DNA of 64,000 bases from Mytilus edulis (Eukaryota): NCBI RefSeq assembly GCF_963676685.1, contig NC_092354.1, positions 81,840,001 to 81,904,000 on the forward strand. Reading direction: 5' to 3'. Under the pieces are notes generated by a model. That model was not told the origin of the DNA and ran no database searches. It worked only from the letters and a program-made list of their open reading frames with translations. Positions 44,768-58,700 of the stretch are shown here, piece by piece (within the stretch, counting starts at the first letter, position 1; each line of letters opens with the position of its first letter). The translations under genes and the position numbers were made by a program.

Positions 44768-47700
44768 TATACCAAAATTTGTGAAATAGGACTCTAAGCA
44801 AAAGTGCACGAAAGTTGTCTATTGATTATATACTGTTAAGGGGGTCTGATTGGGGGTTTCTGATCCCGGATCCCACTTACTTATTTGTCAGATTCCTGTA
44901 TTCCGCTTACACTATGTACAAATGTACGTAAGCAATTCTCATTTTTTTGTCATTTCCCATTTTCACAGCACAATAATTTGACTTTCACGTGTCACGCTTA
45001 CAAACTTCGGCAAACCTGCTTCACGCTAAGACCCAAATGAGACCCACTTATAATTCATAATTTATAATCTAATAACTAAGCATATGAACAGATGAAGCTT
45101 TAAAATGAAGACCTATTCCAGTTGCTCATTCATATAAATGAATACATAGGAGGTTCCCCTCTTCTTATCAATCTAGTTCATACAATAAAGTAGTGTCAAG
45201 TGTAATTCGATACTAGTTTTTTTTTTTTTTTGCATTTCCCGGGAATTTTAACCTGGTCTACGACACGAGTGTGCGACCAAATTCGTGATGTAGTTTTGTG
45301 CCTAAAAAAAAATCTGTCAGATAAATATTGGACTTTTAACACTGAAGCAGCACTTACATATTAATCAATCAGTTATTCTGTAAAGTTACGACGAAATCAG
45401 GCAACTTTCCTGCATCAGTAACTCGTTTGTTGACAACCAAGATCTGTTGATGGAGATTGGCCGCTTATGTCCATTAAAAAGTGGTGACTAATTTAGAAAC
45501 CGTTATCGGACAGCTCATTCCGAAAACGGAATTTTTATTTTCAACCATACATAGTCCCACACAAAGCTTTTGAAATATTTCCACATAATCTATATTGAAA
45601 CCTTAAAAAAACAATTGTTGTCGCTGGTTGCTGTCTCCCAGTTATTATTATTTTCCGTTTGTTTTTATAAATATAATTCAATCAGACTGGGTTTTTTATC
45701 ATTCATGTTTGTCATGTTTGTCACGGGATCTTGTAATCCTCGGGTCTGTTAAAGGAAGTAATTGTTTACATCTTTGTTATTTGGTCTTTGTTTGATAATT
45801 GTCTTATTGGAAATGATGCATACATCATCCTTAAATACATGATGACGGAAAACCGACAACATCACTAAAAAAAAGAAAAACGATGGAAATACAAACAACA
45901 GTTTTATAAACACTACATATAACTTAGAGATTGATTAAAAAAGTCTCAAGCAAAAACGAGATAATATAAGGTACTCCTGGAGGTCTGATATAGATCAACT
46001 AATCTATGTATAAAAACTAAGACTATTATGACGTTTCGCACGATATTTGACGTTTTATTCCTTTTATTCAGGATTTTTTTTCTTCATTTCATTAGCAATT
46101 TTATTTTTGCACATCAAAAGGATGCTCCTAAAAGGATGTTTGATTGCACTGAACATGCATGAAATATTTCCCACTGGATGTAGCGCCGGACACAATTTAT
46201 GTATTTTGGTAAGATAATAGTCTATATAAAATAAGAAGATATGGTATGAATGCCTATGAGACAGCTCTCTACCAGAAACCAAATTGAATAGAAAGTACTT
46301 AAATTGTTCCCCATTTAAATCCGAAAAGGAGGAAGATATCCATTTTGCTTTAATAAAAAAAAAGTTTGTTGGGAATTACAAGTTAAACGTACTTATAAAG
46401 AATACTTAAATTTTTTAAATAACGGAACAATTGAATTAAGAACTGCAACGATTGACAGACAAAAATAGTAATATTCATCCCATATATGTTTACAAGATTT
46501 GTAACATAGAGTATATATAAAAGACATAAATAGCGTCCAGAATCGACAACGCTGAAAACGTCAGAAAATCGTCCAGTGGACAAACTTGCTAGACATTTGA
46601 TCTGTTTGAAAACGACTACGCAACCTACCAAAAAGTATCACGGCAACTGTGTCATAGTGTGAAAGTGCAATTACGGCAAAGCACTATTGTGCATGCAAGA
46701 AATCGAAATTTGCAATAAATAACTTCGCAAATGAGAGTTAACTTGTAAAAAACGGCGAAATTCAACATTGGACATTCTTGCAAGACATTTGCCAGAAGCT
46801 GGTGCATTTTTATTTTTGGTGTGAGTCCTGCAAAATTTCGGTTTTAATATGTCCCATGTAAGTACTTTTGTAAGCATAATTTATGAAAACAAAACTTTAT
46901 ATAATCTTATATTTTAAAAGCCTATAAATTTTGATAACTTACCATTTTCCTAAATCTGACCATGGTGAAGACTATCTTTTTTGGTAAAAAAAATAGCTTT
47001 GACAGTTACATCAACGCATATTCAGTAATGTTGTAATACTTTATATATGAAACATATCATTCAAGCGAATGTTTGCGGATTTTTAAATTACACTGTTTTT
47101 AGGAGAACAAACACCCCTGTAAAATTTATTATGCATATAGTCTTTTAATTTTGATAAATATACAGCAAAAAAATACGTTTTTTTTCTCAATTCGGATCAT
47201 GACCATTTGATAAATATGAGTTATTTCTGAATAAAAAATGCATAAATTTTAAAGGATACTTATAAAATACAGAAACTACAAATTTTTTTAACAAAAAAAA
47301 AATTGTGTTTATCTTTTAAAACAAAAAAAGTTGTGGCTTTCTTCCGAAAGGGAAAAAACGGCCACAATTCCGAATTTTGAGCAAATATACAAAATTTTGA
47401 CCTCATTTAACTTAAAAAATAGCATATGAAGGTATATTAAATATTACATATTTGATTTAATCAGGCAAAAAATAGCATTTATGGAAGTTTTCATCAAACT
47501 GTAAATGCGGAATAAAAACTGTATCGTATGCCCTTAACGCCATATACTAACATAGCAGTCCCAGATAAAAACCAGAAACCAGAAACAGCCTTCTTGTAAT
47601 TTTCAACATATTTAAGTTAAGAAGTATCATGTAGATGTAGATGTAAACTGCTGTATTTAATTTTTGAATAATGCAGTAAGAGGACATCATCTTTATAATG

Positions 47701-47964
47701 GAAAATTAATATATAGTTAATAGATAATGCTAGCTTTTGTTCATTCTTATTGACTATATATAAAGCAGCTATAGGCGGATCCAGGGGGCAAAACCATACG
47801 GGTGCTAGTCATCCGTCAGAATTACCCAAAATGCAACATTTTTTAAAGAATCTCCTCTTAGTTGTGTTACTAATTGCGTTCTTATGATAGTACTGACTCA
47901 TATTTTTAACTGCTGTCAGTAAATTTCATTTTGTGCACTCAAACTTTCTTTGAAATCCGTACTA

Positions 47965-50900
47965 CGGAGCCCCGCTAGGGACATGCAAAGAAAACAAATA
48001 TATTGTGCGCACAAAATAAAATATTGTGCGCACAACTTAAATAAATTGTGCGCACAAAATAATATATTAAGCGCACAAAATAATATATTGTGCGCACAAC
48101 TTAAATATATTGTGCGAACAACTTAAATATGTTGTGCACATATCTTAAATATATTGTGCGCATAACTTAAACATATTGTGCGCACAATATAATATACTGT
48201 GCGCACTAAAATAATATGGTGTGCTCCCAAAACAGTTTTCACTTCACCATGACCTCATTTTACGTGTTCGTGTTATGTGTTCGTGGTTTAGACAAAATCT
48301 CAGATACCAAATGCAATAGTTCTTCTATATTTGGTTGTATGGAACATTTTTAATGTCTAAATGTCCACTTCACAGATGTCATCTGACCTTGATATCATTT
48401 TCAGGGTTAAGTGGTCCGGCAAAATAAAATGTTTGTGTTTTGGAGTATTTCTCGGATACTATAAGCATTTAGTTAGATATATATTTGGGGTATGGAATGT
48501 TTGTATGGTGAAATTGTCTATCTTGCAATTATATTAATCTGACCTTGATTTTATATTCATGGTTCATTGGTCCATGTTATTTGATTCTTGTTTGGTATGT
48601 TTTTCAGATACTATTAGGAATAAATTAACTATATTTGTTTTATGGAATGATTGTAGTGTATATATATTTTGCTGGTCGGTATCATCTGACCTTGACTTTG
48701 TTTTCATGGTTTATTGGTTAATGTTAAAGATCTCAGAATTGGTCTATTTTTCAGATACGATGATAAAGGTATAGTTAAACTGAATTTAAGGTACAGAATA
48801 ATTATAAGACGCGCAAATCATATAAGGTTTGTTTCTCAGATACATTTGGTTCTTCAATACAACAAGAAAAAATCCCGCACCCAAATGCGTGCTTCAGCTG
48901 GCCTATAAACAAAAATATGGACTAGTTCAGTGATAATGGACGTCATACTAAACTTTACAGTTGTTTCTCATTTCTCGTTTTTTATATAGATTAGACCGTT
49001 GGTATTCCCGTTTGAAAGGTTTTACACTAGAAATTTTGGGGACCCTTTATAGCTTGCTGTTTGTTGTGAGCCTAAGCTATGTGTTGAAGACCTTACCCTG
49101 ACCTATAATGGTTTACTTTTATAAATTGTGACTTAGATGGAGAGTTGTCTCATTTGCACTCATACCACCTCTTCCTTTATTTATCCAAAGTATATACAAG
49201 AAACTAAAATTAAAAACCATACAAGACCAACAAATGTCAGAGGCTCCTGACCTTGGACAGGCACAAAAATGCGGCGGAGTTGAACATGTTTTGTGAGATC
49301 TCAACCCTTCTTTTATACCTCTAGCCAATGCAGATAAAACAAAACACACACACAGCAATACCGACAGTAAAGAAGCCCGTGTCCGTTGTCAGAATAGGTA
49401 ACAAATGAAACTTAACAAAATGACAATGATACATAAAATAACAAGGACTACTAGCAGTTACTGACATGCCAGCTCCACACCTCAATTAAACTGATTGAAA
49501 GATTATGTTTTAATCATATGAATATCAAGCACAATCCTTCACGTTAGGGGTTGAGTATCATACATGTACCATCATAAAAATATATGAGAAGAATATAACC
49601 CGTATTTGTATGAGCTATGGTGTATATGTATATAGTTGTCTCTTTGGCGATCAATCGGGCCATAAGGAATTGAATAAATGATACCCCAAAACGGCCCATA
49701 TTTGGAAAACATGAATCATAATTGTTTCGTTTGTTTTCAAAATATTCCACTGAGGAATTTCATTGACTATTCCTAAATTATTTCGTAACATTTCAGTTTC
49801 ATAATGAATACGAACAACATACTGTAAAATTTTATAATGAAATCGATCAAAAATAGATACTATAAGTGACCTCTTGTCCTCTCTTCTATTAATCAGAATG
49901 AAACTATAATAACTTGACTTGAAACATTTGTATACAACGCTTAAAAAATCATAATAAGCATACTGTCCTATATCGGGAGCTTGTTAGTCAGTGATTGTCG
50001 TTTATTGGTGTGGTTCATATTTGTTTATCGTTTTGTTATAGTCATTTTGGGCCTTTTATAGTTTGCTTTTTGGTGTGAGCCAACGCTCCGTGATGAAGAC
50101 CGTATTATAACCAATAATTGTTAACTTTTAATAAATTATGACTTGGATGGAGAGCTGTTTCATTGGCACTCATATTTCATCTTTTGCTTTATATATGTAC
50201 CCAGTTTTATCTTTATTTGATCAAAACTTCATGGTGAATTTCTTTGATTGAACACACTGTCACATGTCAATAACGAACAGTACATTTTGGGTCAAAACCG
50301 TACTTAATCATGATCAAACATAGTCATCTTTAATAAAAAATAAAAAAAAAATAAAAAAAAACTTGTACGTGTATTCAGTTTTCAGTGGATTTGACTTACT
50401 CTACACTTTTACAATGATACCTTTTAGGAAACCACATAATTCATTGAAGTTGGTGGCACTAAAACTTCATCATAAACTATAACCAAAACATTTACAATAA
50501 AGAGAGACGGACGGATAAACTGACGTAAAGACTTTTTTTAAAATATAATGACCATCTCTATCGTCGAACAGGGTAACAAAATCAAAGTCGTGAATTGAGT
50601 AACATGTCAGTCTTGAGTCAATCAACAAAAACAAAATCTTGAGATTATAAGACATAAAGTTTAATGCATAAGTGCAAAAAGTACTTTTTTTATATTTGTT
50701 ACAAGAAAACAGGTAAAGCCATAGTATCAAAGTCTACATAAGTTAGATAGTTTCCTCGCTCTTTTGCCAAGTCTGTTTCAAACCGTTCCAATAAACTCTG
50801 ATATAAAGTGGAGGCTTCCAACGCATTTGTTGGTAAACCAAGTGTCACACGAAATAAACGTAACTTCTTCAGTATTCCTGTCAGGAGTTGATACAAATGC

Positions 50901-51183
50901 AGTGATGAATATTTCCATTTATTCTAGTCCCATTTCAAAAGAAAACTTTATGCATTTCTCCATTCTGTCACTTTAAAAAGGAGACATTGAAGACCCGTAC
51001 CATGTGTAAGGTCAAAGAATTTAACGCACACTTATTCCTATATTATTTTGTGCGCAAGATATATTTAATTTGTGCGCACAAAATATATAATCTGTGCGCA
51101 CAATATATTTAAGTTGTGCGCACAATTTATTTAACTTATTCGCACAATATATTTTTTTTTCTTTGCATGTCCCTAGCAGGGCT
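47965..51183 (-). mobile_element. Degenerate 3.2-kb DNA transposon with TIRs, subterminal ~22-bp GTGCGCAC repeats, transposase N-terminal remnant and nested SINE-like insertions
   Basis: Left CGGAGCCCCGCTAGGGACATGCAAAGAAAA versus right TTTTCTTTGCATGTCCCTAGCAGGGCT. ATATTGTGCGCACAA arrays at 47998-48230 and 51040-51150. Broken minus-strand frame 50963-50848: MEKCIKFSFEMGLE*MEI/HHCICIN/GILKKLRLFR. Confidence 0.65.
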
Positions 51184-51714
51184 TAGAAATGAAGCTTCAT
51201 TTGTTTAAAATATAATAACATTATTCATGTTACTACACAAGAGACAATTTTAGACAATTAATGACGATTCCGTGGTTTTGTAGTTACAAAAGCTTTTACG
51301 TTGATAATGTGCAAACACTAAAAAAGAACCAAACACAAAGCCAAACATAAACGAGGAATCAGAATTATATATGAGTGAAATGCATTCCTTTATGAAAGTG
51401 TTTCAAAAGTTTAATTGACACAGCAAAATATAAACAAAATCAAAATTGGCTACTGAGCTTCAAAGTAACACTCTAGGTCCATCAACAGTGCAGGGTATCT
51501 ACACAGTGGTATAGTAATATATGTTAACTCTACCAATATCACTGCACCAGATACGTATTGTATTGATAATGTGCTAAAACCTAAGAAGAACACAAAAAAA
51601 AGCAGTCAAACCTAAACGAAGAATCAAAGTTCTACATAAGTTAGATGCATGACTCTATAAAAGGAATTCAAAAACATTTTTAACAGCAAAATATAAACAA
51701 TATTCATATTGTCA

Positions 51715-51990
51715 TTCCTATACTTAAGTACTGGTTACTGAGCTGCAAGGTAAGGGTTTTGGTGACAAACAGTCAACCAGTAGTGGTATATTACACAGTG
51801 GTATAGTTCCTATACTTAAGTACTGGTTACTGAGCTGCAAGGTAAGGCTTTTGGGGACAAACAGTCAACCAGTAGTGGTATATTACACAGTGGTATAGTT
51901 CCTATACTTAAGTACTGGTTACTGAGCTGCAAGGTAAGGCTTTTGGGGACAAACAGTCAACCAGTAGTGGTATATTACACAGTGGTATAG
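51715..51990. repeat. 92-bp tandem repeat x3
   Basis: Near-identical units start at 51715, 51807 and 51899 (TTCCTATACTTAAGTACTGG...). Confidence 0.95.
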
Positions 51991-52433
51991 ACTAGTAAAT
52001 TAATATTAATATTAATTCTTCCAATATAACTACAGCAAACACACATTACGATCATTTATATCTCAAATGATGCTGTGCTGGATGTCATGTTCAAGGTCTA
52101 ACCAATCTTAGAGAGCTACCATTAGATTTTTATTGAAAAAGGGGGGATAGGATAATATTTGAAAAAAGGCAGTACAAGAGTTTTGAGTAAAAAAGGGAAG
52201 GCAGGATGAGCATTTTGACAAAAAGGAAACGACAGAATGACAATTTATTTAAAATAAGTCAGCACAAATTAATAAAAAAAAAAAATGCAGGACCAAATAG
52301 AGTGGAAAATAAAAATGCAGGGCACAGATTACAAGTACAAAAAAAATGCAGAACAAAAATGAAATCAAATGGTTGATCCCTAATTTAAATATAGATTTAT
52401 ATCCTGTTTTTTGTCGTTAGGTTCATGTCTAAT

Positions 52434-52462
52434 TGACGTACAGCCTCATCCCTTGTATAAAT
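52434..52462 (+). promoter_or_regulatory. Candidate lectin core promoter (CRE-like TGACGTA + TATAAA)
   Basis: TGACGTA at 52434-52440 and TATAAA at 52456-52461, about 230 bp upstream of the signal-peptide ATG. Confidence 0.35.
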
Positions 52463-52687
52463 ATGACAGTAATCATGCACACATGGTGTTTTATTGTATA
52501 ATACAACAAAGAAATACGTACACAGTAAATTATAAATAAGTTAATTTCATTCCATTCTGACAGATCATGTCTTGGTTAGAATATACTTATAACTATACGT
52601 ACGTCATAATTGCTAATTAAATCATCTTTTTAAATGTCGCTAATTTGCATAAAAATAATTAAATGTTGACATGCATTCCACGTTAAA

Positions 52688-52742
52688 ATGGACTATATCT
52701 GGAAATTTGTGATTGTGTGTATTGCGTTACATCAAGTATATT
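52688..52742 (+). CDS. Lectin gene signal-peptide exon
   Basis: aaaATG GAC TAT ... GTA TAT T|gtaagt; MDYIWKFVIVCIALHQVY(C) has a hydrophobic core, and the phase-1 donor is compatible with the acceptor at 61537. Linkage across 8.8 kb is inferred. Confidence 0.65.
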
Positions 52743-55700
52743 GTAAGTAAGATATCATATTTAACAATTTTTTTTTGGTTTTGCTTTTATGGTTGAAGAA
52801 AATAGTGTGTAATACTGGTACTTTATCCTTGCCAAACGTTGTTCATTTCCATTTCGGACAATATATGCCCATACAGTGTAATACTTGATCAGCCATAGAC
52901 ATATATAACCTGCCATAAAAGTTAAAAGCCAGTAAAAAGGGATTTGTCAACTGTCGCCGATGTCTAGGGTTGGGTCATTGAATAAGGTGACCAGGTTTTA
53001 AACATTTAGGCCTTATCACCGACAAACTTTGTGTTTTCTTTTTATCATATTTTGACTGTTCATTTCAGTAGGCTCTTCTCACTTTACGAAAATCCTATAT
53101 CTGCCACTGCTTAATGTCTCTTTTTACCCGAAAGTGCTTGAGTACCGGACCTTATGTTGAGCCCCTATAGTCCCTCCCCCCTTTTTTTTCATAAATTCCG
53201 GATTTCTAATATATATATATATATTATTTATTTGTACCATATGTATACCAATTTACACTAAATATACATGTTTACAATCAATGTGCCACTCGACTATCGC
53301 TCTATATAAATATACAATAATAAAGGGGAATGGACTATGGGCGCTCAACATAGGGTCCTCTCCTAAAGCACTAATGTAAAACAAACCCTGTTGATTTGTT
53401 CTTTAGAAACGTCTCCGTTAAACGGAATAGCAGGTTGATTATTTGATGTAAAAAACTTATTTAACAGAATTCCATATTGATTTATATTATTAAATTTGGC
53501 TGAAGCATATAGAATATGGCCCGGATTATTTAGAGCTCACCATATGGTGTTCCGAGTTGTTTTCCTTATATATAGGCGAAGATCGTATGTAAGCCATAAA
53601 TTATTATGTGGTAAAATTTGTATGGGCGGATATAAATTGTTATTGTGCAAAGTCCATGATAACATTTTTTTTTTAGTTTTTTCAGTCTGAAGTTAGTTAT
53701 AAAATAAAATTGAGAATGGAAATATGGACATGGCTCTTCAACACAGCGAGAAATTCCCGAAATTTGTTTTTTTTTAAAGGTGTACATCTTTTTTTTTTTT
53801 ATCATTTCCAATATATTTGTTAGCGGCAATAAGTGAAATTAGACCTTAAGCTTAAATCCTAGGCAATAGACCAACGCCTAGGCAGTAAGTATATATACTA
53901 AATGATGTTAGGCATTAGATAGGATTAAGCTAAAATCCTGGAAAATGTGTGCAGGTAGGTATAAAGCCTAACGCCTAAAACATAGTCGCGAGTAAATAAA
54001 AGACATTTATTCATTTAAATAAAAAAAAAATTGTTACGTAATATTAGCGTTAAATAAGAACTGAAGTTTAAAATATCATCTTCCTGAAATAAAAGCACAA
54101 GTCAAATACTTAAACTCCTCAAATAATACTTTTAAAATATGAAACTTGTGTTAAAATCATTAATTATCATTAGTTGTGGAATTGTGTCATCGACTTTTGT
54201 ACTGTCTCCCGTTTTAATTTGCAGCTGCATTGGTTATTTAAACATTTTAATTTACATAAAATTGAAAATGGAAATGGGGAATGTGCCAAAGAGACAACAA
54301 CCCGACCATAGAAAAAAAAAACAACAGCAGAAGGCCACCAACAGGTCTTCAATGTAGCGAGAAATTCCCGCACCCGGAGGCGTCCTTCAACTGGGGCCGT
54401 ATGCATAAAACATCTTAACTTAAGTATTCCTTAAACTTAGATTTCACTAAGAATTTCCTTAGTTAAGTCAAATTCTTAAATGGTATGCATAAACTTACTT
54501 AAGTATTCACTTAACTAGGGAATACTTAAATCGGAACCTTTCTCTAGTTACCGTATGATAAATATTAGCTCATCACATGTACTCATCCGTGTAAAAGTTT
54601 GTTATGATTATTTTAATGTATTGATCAATGCATGCTTTTATTTTAAAGAGCTGGGGTTAAATTGATATAGACATGTAAAACAATTCAATAGAACGTAACA
54701 TAGTTTAATGATGAACAATTGGCGCATATAAGAAAACGCTTTTTATGGTTGATGCTTTGACGGATGAGCATTGGCAATCCAAAACTTTCCTCTACTTAAT
54801 CTTTAATTATCTTTCATGGGTGTAATATTTTCTGGAGACAACGATATGTTTTAAACTCTAACAAAACATGATCAAGGTTAAATCAGTGGCGTAGCACAAG
54901 ACTGAGTACAGCATTGTAAGCATGCATGTGCTAACAAATAATTTTACAAAATTTTTCAATAAAATGTTCACTTATCGTTGAGCTTATTATGCGCTGCCAT
55001 CTCCCTGTCCAGAACCCTTGCCTACATTTGCTTATAGTTTAAAAAAATCTATTTTGATGTGAAATTAACATTTTTATCACTTCCCTTTTACAACAAAAAA
55101 AGGGGGAGGGTAGATTGTTTTCCAGAAATCCATATACAAACTAGGGTATATTTCAAAAGTCCTACAATCTTAACAAATTATTACAGTAAGTATATTCTCC
55201 ACATCTTAACGAACTTAGAAATATTTTCGAACCGCAATATATCTCTCTGAATATATAAGGTAATATAAAAAAATAGTTAAAAACGAGTAAGGTATCACAA
55301 ATACCTTATATAACCGACGAATCTGACTGCCGTAACAGTGATTCCAAACAATCAACCTAATTGTTTCATATCCCCCCCCCCCCCCCCCTTTATGAAAGAA
55401 ATCCACCTCTGGTAGGTCATAAAACTTTTCGATATTGTCCCGGTAAGTGAACAAAAAATTAGGGTATGCCCTTCATCTTTAGAATAAAACTGAATTGAAA
55501 GTTCAAATGACGCACCACCCCCCCCCCCCCCCCACCCAACCCCATCCACCCGGCAAAACAGAAACCACCCCCCCACCCAACCCAATCCACCCGGCAAAAC
55601 AGAAACCACCCCCACACATATATAAAGTGTGGTTTTTCATGCTCTCTTCATTCCTTGATTCGGTTTTTAACTAACGGTTAAAATTGATACCGCGCGGTGT

Positions 55701-58700
55701 ATTTTAATAATTAAAAAAAACCGTGCACGTACAAAGTAAACAAAAGAAAAAAAGTACCATGAATTACATGTGTGTAACACTCAGTACTTTTCGGTATACA
55801 TAACATCGAGATTAGGAAATAGTATATATAACTACCCACTGTTATCTCTTGATTTGTTGATTATACGTGATTCGAAGAAAATAACGATGATCTTTAATAT
55901 TTACTTATTATTTAGCAATAAATAAACGAATAATTAGTTTATTACTGATATATATATTAATCAATCAAATTGTAGGTAACATAATAATGTTCTACCAAAA
56001 ACGCAAACTTTCGACTAATTTTTAACTATTTTTGAAAATTTAAGGTAGCTCTATAGGTACCTTAGACTTAAGTGTTATCTTAGGCGTTTCCTTAGTATAA
56101 GGAGTTTTAGACATACCACTTAAGTTTTGTGGGCGTGACTTAAAACAACTAAGATTTTACTTAGGAAATACTTAGTTTAAGATTTTTTATGCATACCACT
56201 TAGATAAAAAGGGCGGAGTTTCCTTAACTTAAGTGTTTACTAAGGAAAATCTTAACTTAAGTAGCTTTATGCATACGGGCCCTGGCCCCTAAACAAATAT
56301 ATACTAGTTCAGTGATAATGAACGCCATACTAATTTCCAAATTGTACACAAGAAACTAAAATTAAAAAAATACAAGACATGCACATTTGAAAAATCCTTG
56401 ACCTCCAGACAATGACTGCATGGCATTGGAACGACCATATTTTGATCAACTTCTGGTGTCCCTGGGTTTTTTTTGGGGTTTTTTTTTTTTTTTGCTTCTG
56501 GCCATCATAGTGTTTGCCTGTTTCCATAGCTCCAGAACAGTTTCAAACTTTGAAATAGATATTGATAACTATAGGTCAAACCTAAAAAAAAATGAGCAAA
56601 TCCCATACCGGTTATTACTAGGAAACCCATGTTGTATCAAATTATTTAAGGTTTGCCCAGTATTTTTGTTTAAAACTGGTCTTTTCCTCCAGGTAACTTC
56701 TTCGTCTTCCATGGTTTGCTATGAATTAAATATCGGGAACAAATCCCGGTACTAGTACTTAATTTTTTTTCTGTAAAAATTTGAACATGCATTTTCTTAC
56801 CTAAATTGACGCATTTTACCACATAACCGATCGTTGATGCTGTCCAAGTGTTTGAATTATTGTAAAGCTCCATACTTGAATAAGAAAACGTTTCATTGCA
56901 GTTAAATGCACTTGTTTAAAATCATACTAAAAAGCTCTAAAAACAAGAATGTGTCCCCAGTACACGAATGCCCCACTCGCACTATCATTTTCTATGTTCA
57001 GTGGACCGTGAAATTGGGGTAAACCCTCTAATTTGGCATTAAAATTAAAAAGATCATGTATACTAAGTTTGAAGTCGATTGGACTTCAACTTCATCAAAA
57101 ACTACCTTGACCAAAAACTTTAACCTGAAGCGGGACAGATGGACGAACGAACGGACGGACGGACGGACGAACGAACGGACGGACGAACGAACGGACGGAC
57201 GAACGAACGGACAGACGGACGAACGGACGAACGGAAGCACAGACCAGAAAACATAATGCCCCTCTACAATCGTAGGTGGGGCATAATAAAGAGGTTGATT
57301 TAACTGGTGATTTGAAATATAACATTTATACCAGCATTCTATTCATGTTTGCATTGTGACAAAAAAGGGACAGGGACTGTCAATTATCCAGTAAGACCAA
57401 CTTCCTTATTTTCATTATAACTTCAGTAAATGTCTCCTTGAGTAATTCATAAAAAAAAATCTAGTGTTGCGATCTTAAAAGGAGTAGTGTTACTCAACCA
57501 CATGCTTATCATTTGGAATGGCTTTCTCAGTTGAAAAAGTAAAATGTTTCTAATCAATTTTGCGTTGTTTTCGAATTACACCTTACCCAATTCAAGGACC
57601 TCGTCATGCAGGAGTTGTCGCATATCATATATTATTTAATTTTTTTTATTTAGAAAAATTAAAGGTCGATATTTTGGTTTGCGTCAATTTTGCACCAATT
57701 GTTATTTTAAAGATGCATCATTTGCACCAAATAGCATTTTTCAAACTAGGTTTGAATTATTTAAAGAAGCATCATTTGCACCTATTAGCATTTTCAACGG
57801 TAGCAGTCATTTAAAGATGCATAGTTTTGGAAAAATAGTATTTGTCTATGCTATCAGTTATTTAAAGGCGCATTATATGTGCAACCTGTTATCTGTATGA
57901 TACAATATGCGGAGTCAGGGTGTGTGGGAACCCCTCCTCCTTTGTGGGAAAATTTGGTAGATTATATAGAGAATCACCGAAGCATGCCTGGAGCCCCCCC
58001 CCCCCCCCCCCCGCCCCCCCCCCCCCCTTTGGATCAGTGAGAGGGTTCCCTTATACAAGTTTTGGATACCGTTACAGTGCATGATTCGTATGGGGATAAA
58101 GATGTTCTGGAAGAGGAGCTAGTTGGTTAGTCCAACTGTCGGAGGTCAGCTATGATTGAAACCCTCAACCGAGTATTGTCAATGCAATGTTCTCAGATGG
58201 TTTGACTGTACTATTGTTAGAACAGCTCTAAAATATGTGACGAGATAGTTGCTTAAATTAAATTCAATTAAGAATAATTGAGAGAAATTACTCGGTGTCC
58301 TGTGTAAAAAGGGGGGGGGGGGCTCTGTTAGTAAGATTTTTTTTTATTTCCATTTAAAGGAATAGTTAATATTTCCTTGCATGTCCTAGAGTAGTATGTA
58401 TATCGTCCTTGTCTTTTCTACTGTATAATATGTACATCTATCATCTCACTGACAGTTTATAAAATAACATGTTCACAACATATTCTAGTACACAAATGTT
58501 ACTGAACAAGATATTGACATTGCCTATCAACAATTTTATACCGTGACCTATTGCTCTCAATTTATTTTTTCTAGCCAATGTATATTGCCTTTTCTATCCA
58601 AAGTATATTGCCCAAAACGTGTCAGTGTCTGCCTTCATATGATTTTAACTAAACAGATTAATAAGCTCTAAGCTTTCTCATTCAAAAATATTAACATCAT

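Noticed and set aside
57028-57325. VRPS/RTDG-repeat ORFs
   Set aside because: Translations of the ACGR microsatellite in a HINE-type element.
55372-58322. Poly-C/poly-G tracts as functional G-quadruplexes
   Set aside because: Mostly within repeat remnants, and homopolymer lengths are error-prone; no independent support.
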